Shown here piece after piece: positions 1 through 12,890 of a DNA stretch of 64,000 nt. This DNA is from Camelus dromedarius (lineage: Eukaryota), in NCBI RefSeq assembly GCF_036321535.1, contig NC_087437.1:69628001-69692000 (forward strand). Direction: 5' to 3'. The notes beneath the pieces are model-generated. The model worked only from the letters and a program-made list of their open reading frames with translations, did not search any database and was not told where the DNA came from. Position 1 is the first letter of the stretch, and every line of letters starts with the position of its first letter. The position numbers and the translations under genes were made by a program.

Positions 1-199
1 TTGTATTTTACATAGGACTTTTATTTGGTTCAATAGTACATTTAGAACACAGTGTAAACTACACATTTAAGGAAACCATTTGGGAGAACTATTTTAGGGT
101 GAATAAATGTAAACTTTTGATTTCCAAGGCCATATTCAAAAGACATTGGTAGAATTATGTATTCCATTGTAAAACTTCCCTGGAACACTGCTAGTGCCT

Positions 200-1420
200 C
201 AAGCTACTGCTCCATCTTTCCTTTTTCCTTAGTGTCAACATTGTGAAAAGGATGGATTAGATTTACTATCCCTGCTTCCTTGGCCCATATTAATTCTACT
301 TGCTGACTGCTGTCCCAAACACTCTACTGTTTTCTCCCTAGAAAGTTACCAACACCAACAGCACTGCAGCTTTTGACACTGTTGACTCCTCTCCGTGTCC
401 TGTAACACTTCGCCAAGGTTCTGCTAACTCTTTAGCTGGCTGTTCATCTCCTTGTCACCTGAATATAGATACTCCTTATTTTTCTGCCAGTGATCTTCTC
501 TCCCTACATGTTCTTCCAGAGCTGCTCTATGCCTATATAGTCCAGAGTTTAAAAGCAGACTGTTCTGAACTCTAGACCTGAATTTCTCTGCTGACTGATT
601 ATTTTACCTGGGTGTCTATCAGATACCTCAGTTTCAACATGGCCAGTAGATCTTTTTGCATGACAACTAGTTTCTCTTAATATTAATAATTCTTTCTCTA
701 CTCTTCTAGCATTATCCTGATTTTTCTTTCTCCTTTGTTTCCTAAATTTAGTCATCCACAAATCCTGTTAATCTTCTCTCTGTAACAGCTTTCAAGCCAT
801 CCCATCCTTTTCATTGTCACTATCATTACCACTTGCTTGAGCAAGAGCTGTAGAGTTGCAACTGATCTTTCCCACTTCCAGTCTCTCCATCTCCAAACCA
901 TTCAAAGTTAGCACTGCAGAGTCAAATTTTCTAATGCTCTGAATCTCTCCTCTTGTCACTACACCACGAACAACCTTCAGTGGTTTCCCACTGCTGTCCT
1001 AGTAGAGTCCATACTCAGTTTGGCATGCATGACAGAGACAGCACCTTCTCATCCGTGTCCAGACTTAGATCACTCCCTTTTGTGAGTTCTGTGCTCTGGC
1101 CCTCCTCAACTACTAGCTCTCACTTCACTCACTCTGATCCCCCTCCTTTGTTTTGTCTTTCTTCCCCCGAGTCATTCTCAGTTAAAGCGATGCTCAAGGA
1201 CTGGTTCCGTTTCAGCTCTTTCATCTAACAACCGTATCACCTCCTATCTTCATTATGTGCTCATTGTTCAGCATGTTGTTTGTGCCAGTGATTTATCTCT
1301 TCATTTGAATTGAATTGTATTTCTTCAATTGAATGTGCATTCCCTGGCCATTTCACGCTTACTTATCCAGTGACTTGTACATTGTTAGGAATCAGAAAAT
1401 ATTTTTGATCGGATGAATAT
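200..1420 (+). mobile_element. L2 LINE remnant (3' part)
   Basis: L2-like blocks (cagcttttgacactgttgactcctct; ggtgtctatcagatacctcagtttcaacatggcc; accttcagtggtttcccactgc). Ends in a degenerate L2 tail (aaaatatttttgatcggatgaat). Confidence 0.75.
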
Positions 1421-1714
1421 TCCCCTAGTAAATGAAGTAATGATATAGACACGATTCTTTAAATGACTACCATGTTAGAAAAGACAAAGAACTGATAAAC
1501 ATAGACTATCTAGAGATGATGTACAGAACTGTACCATGTATTTTGATTTTTCCTCCAGATTGACCACCCTGTGATCTTTCTAATGTATAAGTTGTACTGT
1601 GTGTACAAAACAGCATCTGGATAATGGTTCTTTAGGCTTTAGCTTTAGCTACAAACCGTTTCTCCTTTCTATCCATGATAGTCAGTGATTCTGGAATCCA
1701 CCCTGCAATCTTAT

Positions 1715-2055
1715 CCCACATCTGAGCCTTTGTACACATTTTCTCACTGCCTGGAATGACCTACACCCTTTTCTTCCAAAGAAACTTTTCCTATAAAAAC
1801 CATATCCTTTCAGGGCCAGCTAAAATTGCAATTCCTCTATAAAAATGTTCCCTGTCAGTCAGAATACATAGACGTTAAGAGTGTGGGCACTGTGGTCAGA
1901 AGACTCAGGCCCACAATTTTCACATTCTTCCTTATATTGTCTTTCTATAATTTAAGTTCATATCTATTTCAACCACTGCGTTGTCATATGTTCAAAGCCA
2001 CAACCTGGTCTCTTTCTTCTCTGCACCCTCCTTGTTGCCCAGCTCAGTGCTAGAT
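1715..2055 (+). mobile_element. L2 fragment
   Basis: gagcctttgtacacattttctcactgcctggaatg ... cccagctcagtgct resembles the L2 3' region. Confidence 0.55.
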
Positions 2056-2104
2056 TTTTATTATTTGCTGTGTCTTAGGGTTTGGGCTCATAAATTTTGG
2101 AGAA

Positions 2105-2290
2105 GGTTGAAACTGGATTAAAATCTCCACTCTGCTACTTACTAACAGTGTTTTGGGGCAAATTACTCAACACTTCTGAGCCTCAGTTTTTCCTTTAATA
2201 AACCTGGAGTAGTAATAGTTCCTACCTGGTGGGAATGAATACAGGAATGTGTGTCAGATGTGCTAAATGCTCAAAAGAATAGCTATGTGT
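2105..2290 (+). mobile_element. MIR SINE
   Basis: MIR core: ctctgctacttact...ggggcaaattactcaacacttctgagcctcagttt...gtaatagttcctacct. Confidence 0.8.
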
Positions 2291-3039
2291 TAGATAGTCC
2301 ATGAATCTTTCTTGAAATCAATTGAAGTATTTGCATAGGAGATCCTTTCTACAATTTTAAAGGTGGGTCATGACAAGGAGAAAGGAGAGACATTAGGGTG
2401 GTGGGGCAGCGGGTGCTCTCAACAGGATCCTCTCTGGTCCAAGAGCTGATTTGTACCTGCAGTCTGACCCTGTGCCTCAGAGTATAAGAATCACTTTGAT
2501 CCAACCTTTGACATTTGATTTCATTCTTCTCTTTGTGAAACAATCTCATTAGAGAAATCGTGCTGCTGTGAAAGCAGGTCACTCAGCTGGGGGCAGGCAA
2601 AGAAAGTCTTGCTTGGCTTAGTCATGACCTCCATGAAAAGTGAGGCATTACTGAGGGGCCCTGGGATTTGCAGCGTGCCATGGCCAAGGTTTTCACTGGA
2701 GGCTGCCGGGAGTTTGGGCAGAAGGAAGAGTAATGAAGGGGTTGACTGAACTGCTGCTGTGGGTGTTAGCAGCAGCTCTCCCCTCCCGGTTAGTAATGAG
2801 CTCTCTCTCCCCATCTGGTGGGAAATCCCGGATGAAAGGAGGAAGCAGGTTCTGCCAAGGGTAGTACTGGCAGTGATATATTCAGAATAAACACCCAACT
2901 TGGTTGCTCATCATCTGCAGTCAACATTGACCTTATCGCATTTTCTGCAAGAACAGAAGTGTTCATTAAAGAACCTGAGACTCGCTTTGATTTAAGGTAA
3001 AAATTTGTTTTGTCTTCCTGTCTTTGTAAAATTTAAGGC

Positions 3040-3062
3040 AAAAAAAAAAAAAAAAAAAAAAA
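3040..3062. repeat. poly(A) run (23 nt)
   Basis: Directly visible homopolymer. Confidence 0.95.
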
Positions 3063-3869
3063 GCAACAGAATATGCCCTCAAGATTTTCAGGCTCACATC
3101 CTCATCCCTCATATCTGGACATGGAGGACCAGATGACCTCCCCAAAACAGGAAAAGCCAGGGGAAAAAACCCCACAATATCAAAGTGTTTAGGGGGAGAA
3201 ACTTCCAAAGACAGAGGTAACTGTTAATCTGTCATCTGTCAAAGTGGAAAATGCAAAGGCCTAGGCCACCAATGAAATATTCTGCCGTGCTTTGAAGCTG
3301 TTCAAACCAAAAGATTCACAAAGGTTCATTGGTCTGTGGGCTTCTCAGTGATACAAAATTAAGAAATAAAGATAATAAATGCTAGTCCCACTCAGCTGGA
3401 GTGAGTTTTCTTCCTTCGTATATTTTTCCTTGTTGTAGCCTGGTTTTCCCAGCTTGATCTCCCTAAGAATGTACTTAGTGGGAGACTTCCCTAAGAAATT
3501 CCCTCCTTTCTCTGGTAGCGTGTTAACCACATAATAGCAATATTATTACTCTTGACTCTCCCAGCATCCCTCCTAAAGAAGGTGCTCAGATAAAAAGAAT
3601 GAAAACAGAGCACCTAACCCTCTGCTTGACCCATGATAGATTCCTATTAGGTGTTTATTCTTTCTTTTAGCTATGGAGCCACAAGGTTAAAAGGCTGCAT
3701 TCTGAGTCTCAAAAACAAGTCTGCAATTTTGACTGAATTAGGTTTTTTTCTTAATTAAATATGCATCAGACCCAAGTATAAAATGGATGAAGCTGGTGTT
3801 GGAGCCCCACCCCAAGCAAGAAGTACATGGAACAGTGAAAAATAAGGAGCCAGAAAATGGTCTCAGGAC

Positions 3870-4170
3870 TTTGTGGAGAGGGCAGAGTTGCTGTTTTAAA
3901 TAGGGTTGTCAAATCAGACTCACTAAGATGGTGAGATTTGAACAGAGAAGCAGGGGAGGGAGGGAGTCAAGCGGCCTTTGGAGGAAGGTCTTCCTAGGCA
4001 AAGAGTGCAGCCAGAGTGAAGCCCCGAGGTCAGGGCAGGCCTCGCGTGTTTAAAGAAGGCCAAGAAGAGTGAGCAAGGGTGAGGAGTAGGAGAAGAAAGA
4101 GAGAAAGACAATGAGTTGAGGGAAGGCGGAGTGCAGGTCCTTTGCTTCAAGAATGGAATAATATATGACC
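3870..4170 (-). mobile_element. L2 fragment
   Basis: ttttaaatagggttgtc...ggtgagatttgaacagag...ttcctaggcaaagagtgcagcc is the antisense L2 pattern. Confidence 0.7.
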
Positions 4171-4699
4171 GTGGTTAGGTGGGGTGAGACTAGTCCTTTC
4201 TTTGGGGAAGAAGGAAAAAGGCTTTCTGGGAGTGGACGGACAGGCAGCAGGCTGCTGTGTGTGGGAAGCAGGTAGGAGGAGAAAGGCATAGAAAGCAGCC
4301 GATTACAAATGCTCGCACGGATCCCTCGGTGCGCATCTGTTATTTCAGAGTGTGGTGAATATTTCAGCAAGTCAGCTGCAGTAGCCAGCTTCTCAGCAAG
4401 CTGTTTCACTCCAGTGCTCTCTAGTTCCTTCTTAATTCTGCTGCCTTGTTTGCCAGAATCTCTCCTTGTCTTCTTCTTCACCCTCCCCTATCTAATCTTT
4501 GTGGCTGGGAAGAAACTTTTGAGATCAACCTTCCATATGATGCATGATTTCCCCCAAAGCATCCTCAAAAACTGGTCAGCTAGCCTCTGCTTGAACAACT
4601 TCCCCTCTGAGGGAGGGTGGGTTGTCTCTCAATCTGTCAGTCAAACCATAGACCAATCAACAAGCCCTCATTAATATTTTTATCTACTCTTTAATAATT

Positions 4700-5010
4700 T
4701 AAGAGATATTTATTGAGCATTTGTGATTCCCCGGGCTTCTAAGCCATGAATATGCAGCAGTGAATAAAACAAAGGTGCTGTTCTCGTGGAACCTATATTC
4801 TAGTGGCAAAGAGACCAAAAGACAGATAAACAAACAGAATTTCAGGTAAGGGGTAAGTACAAAGAAGAAAAAGAAAGCAAGGCAAAGGGACGTGATGAGA
4901 GAATGTGAGATGGGCCTATTTTAGATCTGAGTGAAGCAAAGGAGCAAAACTTTCAGAAGTCTGGAGAATAATGTTCTAAGCAAAGAAGACAGTGAGTGCA
5001 AAGGTTCAGA
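4700..5010 (-). mobile_element. L2 3' end
   Basis: atatttattgagcatttg...cagcagtgaataaaacaaagg...ctcgtggaacctatattctagtgg is the antisense L2 tail. Confidence 0.75.
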
Positions 5011-5074
5011 GTCAATAAATGAATAAGCTCTTAGCATGTGCTAGGCCTTCTATATCACAGTAGGACAAGGATTC

Positions 5075-5235
5075 TTGACTCATAATACACATAAGCACTC
5101 CTCTGGAACAGTTCAAGACTTCAGGGGAGCATACCCCTGCAAGATTGCATAAATCCAAATTTCTGGTAATGGGAGCTAAGTATGCCTGTTTTTCCAAAAA
5201 GTTCCATCAGCTGTTCAACCAGGTTTAAGAACTGT
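5075..5235. mobile_element. MER5-like hAT-Charlie MITE
   Basis: aatccaaatttctggtaatggg...tatgcctgtttttccaaaaagttcc...ccaggtttaagaac resembles the MER5 layout. Confidence 0.45.
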
Positions 5236-5279
5236 TACACTTGTGATCCAGTTGTGAACACAGCAAACATTTTTCTCTG

Positions 5280-5560
5280 TCCTGTGGAACTGTGTAGATG
5301 AGCTCCCAATGCTAGGAGCTTGTTCATGTATATATTTGTTCAAAACCTGTTTCCCTGTGGCTTCCTGTTCTTTGCCCTTATGTCCTCTGGGACTATGAAG
5401 AAGTTTACTTGCATGTGGCAGTCCTTCGGGTATTTGAAGACAGCACTTTTCTCTTGATCCCTCGTTATCATCCCAGTCACCTCATTTAAACATACTCCCA
5501 GTGCTCATACTCCTTTTAAAGTGCAGTTCCCAGAATTTACACAGCATTGCCTGTGGTCTT
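5280..5560 (-). mobile_element. L3/CR1 LINE 3' fragment
   Basis: The minus strand reads tgtgtaaattctgggaactgcactttaaaagg ... gctgtcttcaaatacccgaaggactgccacatg ... gaagccacagggaaacaggtttt, matching recalled L3 3' motifs. Confidence 0.65.
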
Positions 5561-6157
5561 GGAGGCATCGGCTCATCTCCAGGCGCCTGTTTTCCACATT
5601 TCTTCATAGATTTCACACAATAGTTCAACATACTCCCTTGCAAGTTTTTTCTTTTTAATGCACTCCAGGATGTACTGTGATCCTTTTCTGTTATTTTCTT
5701 TGTATCTTATGTGCTTACCACTTATGTTGTTCAGTTTTCTTCCACCATTTTGCCTTTTGAACCTATTATTTTCCCAGAAGCATGGTTAAATGCATCTGGT
5801 TTGCCTTATAAAATTCCTCCCATTGATTCAGCCTCTCCTCTTCTTGTTTTCCTGCACTATGCATGTCAACATCTTCTATCAGTTCATAAATAATGTTATT
5901 CAGAAAAATGTTGATTGACCCAATTAACTGGAACACTCAATCAGCGGCATTCCATGTTTAGAATAAAAAGCAAAATTTGAAATAAATGAGCAAATAACAG
6001 AATTTAATTAGGAAGAACTTTCAAGGTAAGTTTCAGGGTCAGTTCATATTAGCTACACTCCAAAAATATTTATAATGTCTCTAATCTATATTGTTGTACA
6101 GGTTGCAATTATCAGAACAAATCTAGTCTTTTTTGTGATACTTAATACTTACCAAAG

Positions 6158-6840
6158 CAGGTAGGGCATCCCCTAATGCTGGGTCCTGTAGTAAAAATGC
6201 AAATGGAGGCCCATAACCTAATAGATACATATTTTAAAGCTAAAAGAAAAGTTTAAAAATTGTATCTTCTAACTTACAAAATTATTTTTAAAAGGTATGG
6301 AAGCCAAGTTTGAAATTCTTGAATACCTCAGAGTTCTGTGCCAGAATGTGGTGGTGTTGAGAGCTGAATCTGGGTCCTGGCTCGTAGTCCATTCCTCTCT
6401 TCTTTCCACACTTGGCTTTGCCTCACAGCACAAACAGCCTTCCAAACACATGTGTGGGCACCCTGGCCCATGTGTCCAATATCCATACACACTCCCCATA
6501 CAGAGGTGTCCTTTGTCCACCACCTGGGTTTAAGAATACACATACCTAATACATGGCCTACCCTCCAAAGAAGGTAAACCAGGCAGAAGGAAGCCTAGGC
6601 AGAGCCTGGGAGCAGACTAAGAGCCATATGGGCAGGGGGTTTTGGGGTCCCATATACCTAGAGCGTTGTCTAGATGGTTGTGGGGTAATCGATACTGGCT
6701 GTGGGAAGGCATGTCCCATTAGTCCCATGGATTCCTTGTCTCATGAAGAGCATAATGGCCAGAAAAGGGCCAGAACAGGGCCCGCTGAAGGGTAAGACCC
6801 ACATCAGGGAGATTCTTTAGCCTGGGCCTAAGTGCTGTGC
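6158..6840 (-). mobile_element. MER115-like hAT-Tip100 element
   Basis: The minus strand starts cagcacttaggcccaggctaaag...gggccctgttctggccc and ends gggcctccatttgc...ttaggggatgccctacctg. Length is about 680 bp. Confidence 0.65.
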
Positions 6841-7419
6841 AATACTAACAGAGAAATAAGACTATGTTTTAGAAGGATTTGAGTGCATGGAATAAAGTAA
6901 GATGGGTTTCTAGTTTATCTATGCATAATTTCTAATGTAGTTTTTTAAAAGGTATTGTATTCCCCTATAATGCCTTCCTAAGAGACTTAATGAAGAATTC
7001 CGTAGGACAACAGCAACAGAAAATTTGCCCTATTTCATCAGCCTAGGTAATGTTCAATAAAATAATCTTTCAAAATTACCTTCCACCCAAACCCAAAATG
7101 AAGCAATGTCTTCACTCTTCCTAAAAGGCTAAGTGACTTTAGATAAGTTGCTTTACCTCTGTAATAAATGAGAAGTAATGCTTAGGCAATCAGTAAGGTT
7201 TCTTTTAATTTCAACATTCTCTTTGCCATGCTTATGAATTCACTATTCTAGAGCCATACAGAATAAATCCACTGACATTTCTTTTTTGCTGAGAATTTTA
7301 GTCAAGGCCAAAAAATTCAAATTAAGAAAGAACAAAACTTTATTATCTCTTGCTAATGTAAAACTGAATCAGGTTTCCTAGGGATTCAGGGAAAGCAGCA
7401 TGGCTACCCTATATAATTC

Positions 7420-7745
7420 AATTGGCAAACATTTAATAAACACCTCATGCCAGTCACCTTGCTGGATACTGGACAGAAAATAGAGAAGACAGGTGTCAGG
7501 AATAGAAACACAGATCAGTTTAGGTAGTATCCCTCTCCTGAAAAACTTCCAAGACAAATAATACTGAAACTCATTATAATAGTATGTGGTAAGTGTTCTA
7601 AAGTTAAAATGTGAAACATGCTATGAATATTTTAGAAGAGGGTGTTTTTCTTTGGTGACTTACAATTAACATTACATTCAGACTTCTTCTAGAAGGCTAA
7701 GTAGAAGTTCACCGAGTAGGAAAGGCCATGCTAGGCAGAAGATAC
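7420..7745 (-). mobile_element. L2 3' fragment
   Basis: gcaaacatttaataaacacct...tgccag...tgctggatactgg is an antisense L2 tail. Confidence 0.6.
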
Positions 7746-7749
7746 AGTA

Positions 7750-9495
7750 TAAGAGCAAAGGAGTAAAAGAGGGACAAAAATGCTACAAAACAGGCAGAAA
7801 ACAATGAACAAAATGGCAATAGTAAGCTCTTCCCTGTCAATAATTACTTTAAGTGTAAATGGATTAAATTTCAATCAAAAGACATAGAGTGGTTGAATGG
7901 ATAAAGAGGCAAGATTCAACTATATGCTGGCTATGAGAGACTTGCTTTAGATTTAAGGAAACATATGACTGAAAGTGAAAGAATGGAAAAATATGTTTCA
8001 TGCAGTTGGTAACCAAAAGAAAACAGGCTGGTTTTATTTATATTAGACAAAGTAGACTTTAAGTCAAAAACTGTCAAAAGAGACAAAGAAGAACATTATA
8101 TAATGATAAAAGAGTCAATTCACTGGGAAGATATATTAATTACAAATACATAAGCACCCAACATCAGAGCACCCAAATATATGAAGCAAATATATTGCTA
8201 GAACTGAGTGGAGAAATAGATAGCAACACAATAATAGTAGCAAATTTCAATATATCACTTTCAGTAATGGATAAAACATCCAGACAAAAGATCCAGAGAG
8301 ACAAGAAGAGTTGAAGAATATTATAGAACAAATGACCTAACAGATACACATGTAGAACATTCCACCTAACAGGAGTAGAATACACATTCTTCTCATGCAC
8401 ACAAGAACACACTCCAGGATGGATCACAGGTTAGATCACAAAACAACTCTTAACAAATTTAAGATCTCACTAAACAGAAAAAAATTTTAAATGGACATAG
8501 ATAGACATACAAATGGCCAACATGTATATGAAAAGATGCTCAGCATTATTAATTATCAGGGAAATGCAAATCAGAACTACAGTGAGGAGCTCCTCATGCC
8601 TATTAGGATGGCTATTATAAACAAAACAAAACAAAACTGAAACTAAGAAGTGTTGGAGAAGATATGGAGAAATTGGAATCCTTGTGCACTGTTGGTGGAA
8701 ATGTAAATTGGTGTAGCCAATATAGAAAACAGTGTGAGTTTTCTCAAAAAATTAGAACTAGGACTACTATATAACCCAGTAATCTCACTTCTGGGTGTGT
8801 ATCCAAAGAATTGAAATCAGGGTATCTAAGAGATATTTGCACCCCCATGTTCACTGCAGCAATATTCATAATAGACAAGAGGTAGAAACAATCTAAATGT
8901 CTGTCGGTCATTGAATGGATAAAGAAAATGTGATATATACATAAAGTGGGATATTATTCAGCCATGAAAAAGAAGGAAATCCTGTCATGCTGCAACATAA
9001 TTGAACCTTGAGGACATTGTGCTCTGTGAAATAAGCCAGTCACAGAAGAACAAGTACTGCATTATTCCAGTTGTATGAGGTATCTAAAGTAGTCAATTCC
9101 ATGGAAACAGAAAATCCAGTTGACCCTTGAACAATTCATGGGTTAGGGGCACTGAACTTCTATGTAGTCAAAAATCTACTTATAACTTATAGTCCGTTCT
9201 CTCTATACATGGTTCTTCCTGTGTCAACGGTTCTGCATCCACAGATTCAACCAATCGCAGATCATGTGTATTGTAGTATTTAGTATTGAAAAATGTCCGT
9301 GTATAAGTGGGCCCACACTGTTCAAACCCATGTTGTTCTAGGGTCAACTGTAGAATAATGGTTACTAGTGGCTGGGGAAGGGAGAAATGAGAGTGTTGCT
9401 GTTCAATGAATATAGAGTTTCAGTTGTGCAAGATGAAATGTTCCAGAGATCTGCTCTACAACAGTGTGCTTATACTTAACAATACTCCAAAAATA
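7750..9495 (+). mobile_element. Old L1 (L1MA9/L1MB-like), internally deleted, with decayed ORF2
   Basis: ORF2 start at 7813 (MAIVSSSLSIITLSVNGLN) with endonuclease remnants to about 8465. It then jumps to the ORF2 C-terminus (IQMANMYMKRCS...REMQI) and an L1M 3'UTR (tatagagtttcagttgtgcaagatgaa). Multiple stops and frameshifts. Confidence 0.9.
9117..9350. mobile_element. Tigger2-derived MITE inserted in the L1 3'UTR
   Basis: TIRs cagttgacccttgaacaa / ttgttctagggtcaactg. TA on the right, TC (mutated TA) on the left. Removing it restores the L1 gaaacagaaaatagaataatggtt. Confidence 0.9.
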
Positions 9496-9509
9496 CTTAC
9501 GATGATCCT

Positions 9510-9650
9510 ACAAATAACCATTACTATCTCTAGCTTTGCAGAGGAAAATTCTGAGGCTTAGGCCAAGTTTTTATAAGATCTCACAGCAAGCAAGTGGTGA
9601 CGTTGGGATTTAAACCCAGTTAGTCTCCATAATGCTTTAGGCTACTATGC
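9510..9650 (-). mobile_element. MIR SINE
   Basis: tttgcagaggaaaattctgaggcttagg...cacagcaagcaagtggtg...gggatttaaacccag. Confidence 0.75.
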
Positions 9651-10162
9651 TATTCTCGTCTCTTTTCGTTAAATGACTTTCAGAAAGTATGTTATAAAAC
9701 CTCTCATATACCTCGCTGAGGCTGAGGTGTTGGCATTTTTCCAGAATCACCGACTCATCAGGTTGAAGCAAACTTAACTGAAATGTGTGCATGTGTGTGT
9801 TTGTGTTCGTGTTTGTGTGTGTAGAGAGAGACAGAGATAGAGATCAAGAGAGAACATACGTAATATATATGAAAGATACATTTTTATTTTTCAAGGATAA
9901 ATGATTATAGTACATTCAGTTTTTCAATCCCAGATTTAACTACTCCAGAGAATCCACCAACTTCAATCTATCAACACCTACCTCTTGCAACCTGGGGTTT
10001 CTGTGGAAACTGAGTGAGTGAGGAAAATAACAAAACCTATTCTGTAGCATTTGTAGATGCAGGAAAGAAAGAAGTAAACAAATTAGATGCTAACCATTCA
10101 CATTTCAGACACCCCATTCACACTCATTCACAGACACACACTACATATATCCATACTCATGT

Positions 10163-10163
<1 letters not shown>

Positions 10164-10197
<34 letters not shown>
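10164..10197. repeat. (CA)n microsatellite
   Basis: Perfect CA run within a CA-rich tract. Confidence 0.95.
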
Positions 10198-10200
<3 letters not shown>

Positions 10201-12789
10201 CCCAGAACAACCCTCTAGAACTCACACATTCACACACACACACCTCATATGCATACTTAACCCAAAGTGGCCCTCTGGAATTGTAGTGGAAAACGAAGTG
10301 TTAGCCGGCAGAACTCTGGCCTGTTATGAGGCAGGTATGTGCTTCTCGCTGAGCTGGTCCAGTGGAGCTACTTTAACCATATGTATTTTTGAGTCTAGTA
10401 AGCACAAGAAAGAAAGGTCACCTGCAACTTTTTCCCTCAGGGCTAAACAAACCCAGGTATATAGAAACGTGACTCTGAATGGATCGTGTTGGCATTTAAT
10501 TTCTAGATTCAGGAAGTTAAATTTAGAATGTCCTATTGACAACCCAGCACTGAGCAGGACATTTGAGGGGAAAAAAATAGCTGAATTTTTCAGGTGCCGT
10601 GTGGTCTGTGCTACAGGAAGTAGGGGAGCATCAATTCCTGTAGAGCAGATAATTCACCTCTTTTCACCTATCCTGGGAGACAGTGTAGATTGTGTTAAGA
10701 TTATGAGATTAAATTAGATAATGTGTGTAAGAAAGGAGTTTAACACAATGGTTGACAGGTAGAAAGCACTAAATAATCGATAGCTATTATCTAATCTGGT
10801 CGAATTTAACTCATTCCAAACTACTTTTGAGGCAGTTAAGAGTAGCCTCGCCCACCCCCAACCTCATCTCTGAGCTCTAAGCACCATGAAAGTACAGACA
10901 AAATGCTGGCTTTTTGGATCTTGTCCCAAATCTAAAAATAAAGCCATCTGGGGATTTACTCCGAGCAGAGCAGCCACTGCGAGTGGCAGTTCATCATCAC
11001 CCAGGCAAAGCCGCAGTCAGGGCCGGAGTAATTGAGCCGACTGTGGGGCCGTTCCTGTGCCTTTCATCACAGCCACACCATTAGGAGACTGACATGGGTA
11101 GGAGTCTTGGCCAGACACAAAATAAAAAGCCCTCCTCCACACCTCAAAATTTAACAGGCTATCCGAAATGGTTATCATGATCTCAGAAAGTGTCCCTTGA
11201 ATGACTGAATCTGAATTTGTTTTACTAAAGGAACACATAATGTCATACCAGATAGCATCATTCATTTCTCAGCTTTGAGAGAAATCTTTGAACATTTGAT
11301 GTCACTTGGTGATTTTTTTTTATCATGATCAAGAAGAGTAATCCTTAACCTTTGCATTGCTTGGAATAATGTGATCTTATCCTAGACCTGTGCTAGGAAT
11401 GTCCCTACATAAGAATCCACAAACAGACCTGGGTCTTAATGGCACTCAAAGAATAAAACCATTTCTTTGTCCCCTTCTAAAGGTCAATGACCACTGACCT
11501 GAATGATCAGAGAGCCGTAGAGGTTAGCAGATAGGAATGGGCAGTTGAACTTGACCATTGCCCACAGCTACAACGTTAGCTGCAGATTCTGCTTGGCTTC
11601 TTATGCAGCTTTCACTGAACAATACTTGCATTTTGAAGCCTGCGTCAGTTTGGACCAGGAGGTGCTCTTAGGAAATAATAATATATAATTAAAACCTCTT
11701 TGATGAACATAGCTAATTTTTATATTCAGGGAAGTTGCCAAGGCAGCAGATTTTTAGTCATTAGCATCTTTGCAAGGTTAATGTACTGTACTTAATAAAA
11801 TAAATAGTTTTATAAATTTTCAGGCAAATTGTAAAAATGGAGAAAGTGGAGATAATGTCATTCCATTTTGAATACCCAACAGACACCAAATTAACCCTTC
11901 TTCCTACCAGGAAAACTATTCTTATCCAAAGCAAGCTTTCAGATATCTAGTAGTTATGATGAACATGAAAAATATGTTCATTAAATTGAAAGAGTGTTTA
12001 ATTGAATGAGAAGGAATGAAAAAAATGGATAAGAGAATATGAAAAATGTATAGTGACATTTAGGGATGGTGTAAAACAAAGAAATGTGGGTTATGCAGTT
12101 TTTGAGGATGGGAGAAAATAAAGGGAAATCTGTTTTAGAAGTATCAGGAAGGAAGAGAGAGTGATAATAACCCAACGTGGGAGTTACCTCTGGAAAAGTG
12201 ATGAAGAAGAAATCACTGAGAGACTGGTCCTGTGGCCACGACCGCTGAATTGAAGTGTTTTATTTTAGAAGGCAGCAACAATATATGAGCCAAGACAAGT
12301 AATAAACAATCAGCTAAAGTGGTGGAACCAAAGGTTTGGCTGCAAGTTAGAAGTATGGAAGCAAGTGTCCAGGGATTGCCCAGGGCTACTGAGCATTTTT
12401 TAATGTCCTAGTTCAACCCTCACCTTAATATTTTATTTTCCCCATAAGATTCCCAACCTAAGAAATATTTGAAACCATCCACGGTAAGTTACTGTGTGCC
12501 GTGGGATTCAATCATTTCCTTCTTCCCAGCTGCAAGCCTGAGGCAAGTTTCAGGAAATCATTAGTAAAGGCCCTTGTTCCCCTCTTCGGTATTTTGCAGA
12601 ACTACGGGTCTCTCGCTTAGACTTTTTAGTAGAATACACGTTGGGAATCTTATTCATAGAAAAGTGCAGCTACCCTTTATAAGGCGAATATTACCACTTT
12701 TTGCTATCTCATTACTTTCTATCCTTATCCTCCCCAGGTCTCCAGAAATATAAAGATACACGTGCAGTGTGTATAGTGCTTTGATGACA

Positions 12790-12890
12790 GACAGACTTGT
12801 GTGTAGTTTCTGTCCTTGGGCAAGTGACTTACAATCTCAGAGCTTTAGTTTTCCTTCCCATCTGCAATATGAGAATAGTATCTATTCCAT
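12790..12890 (+). mobile_element. MIR fragment
   Basis: ccttgggcaagtgacttac...ctcagagctttagttttcc...catctgcaatatgagaatagta. Confidence 0.7.

Noticed and set aside
4050..4481. 143-aa minus-strand ORF (MKKKTRRDSG...)
   Set aside because: It starts at GTG, its C-terminal part runs into an L2 fragment, and it has no recognisable domain or clear splice signals.
10014..10286. His/Thr-rich 90-aa ORF
   Set aside because: Artefact of the CA microsatellite. The same applies to the ORFs at 54402-54719 and 55126-55355.
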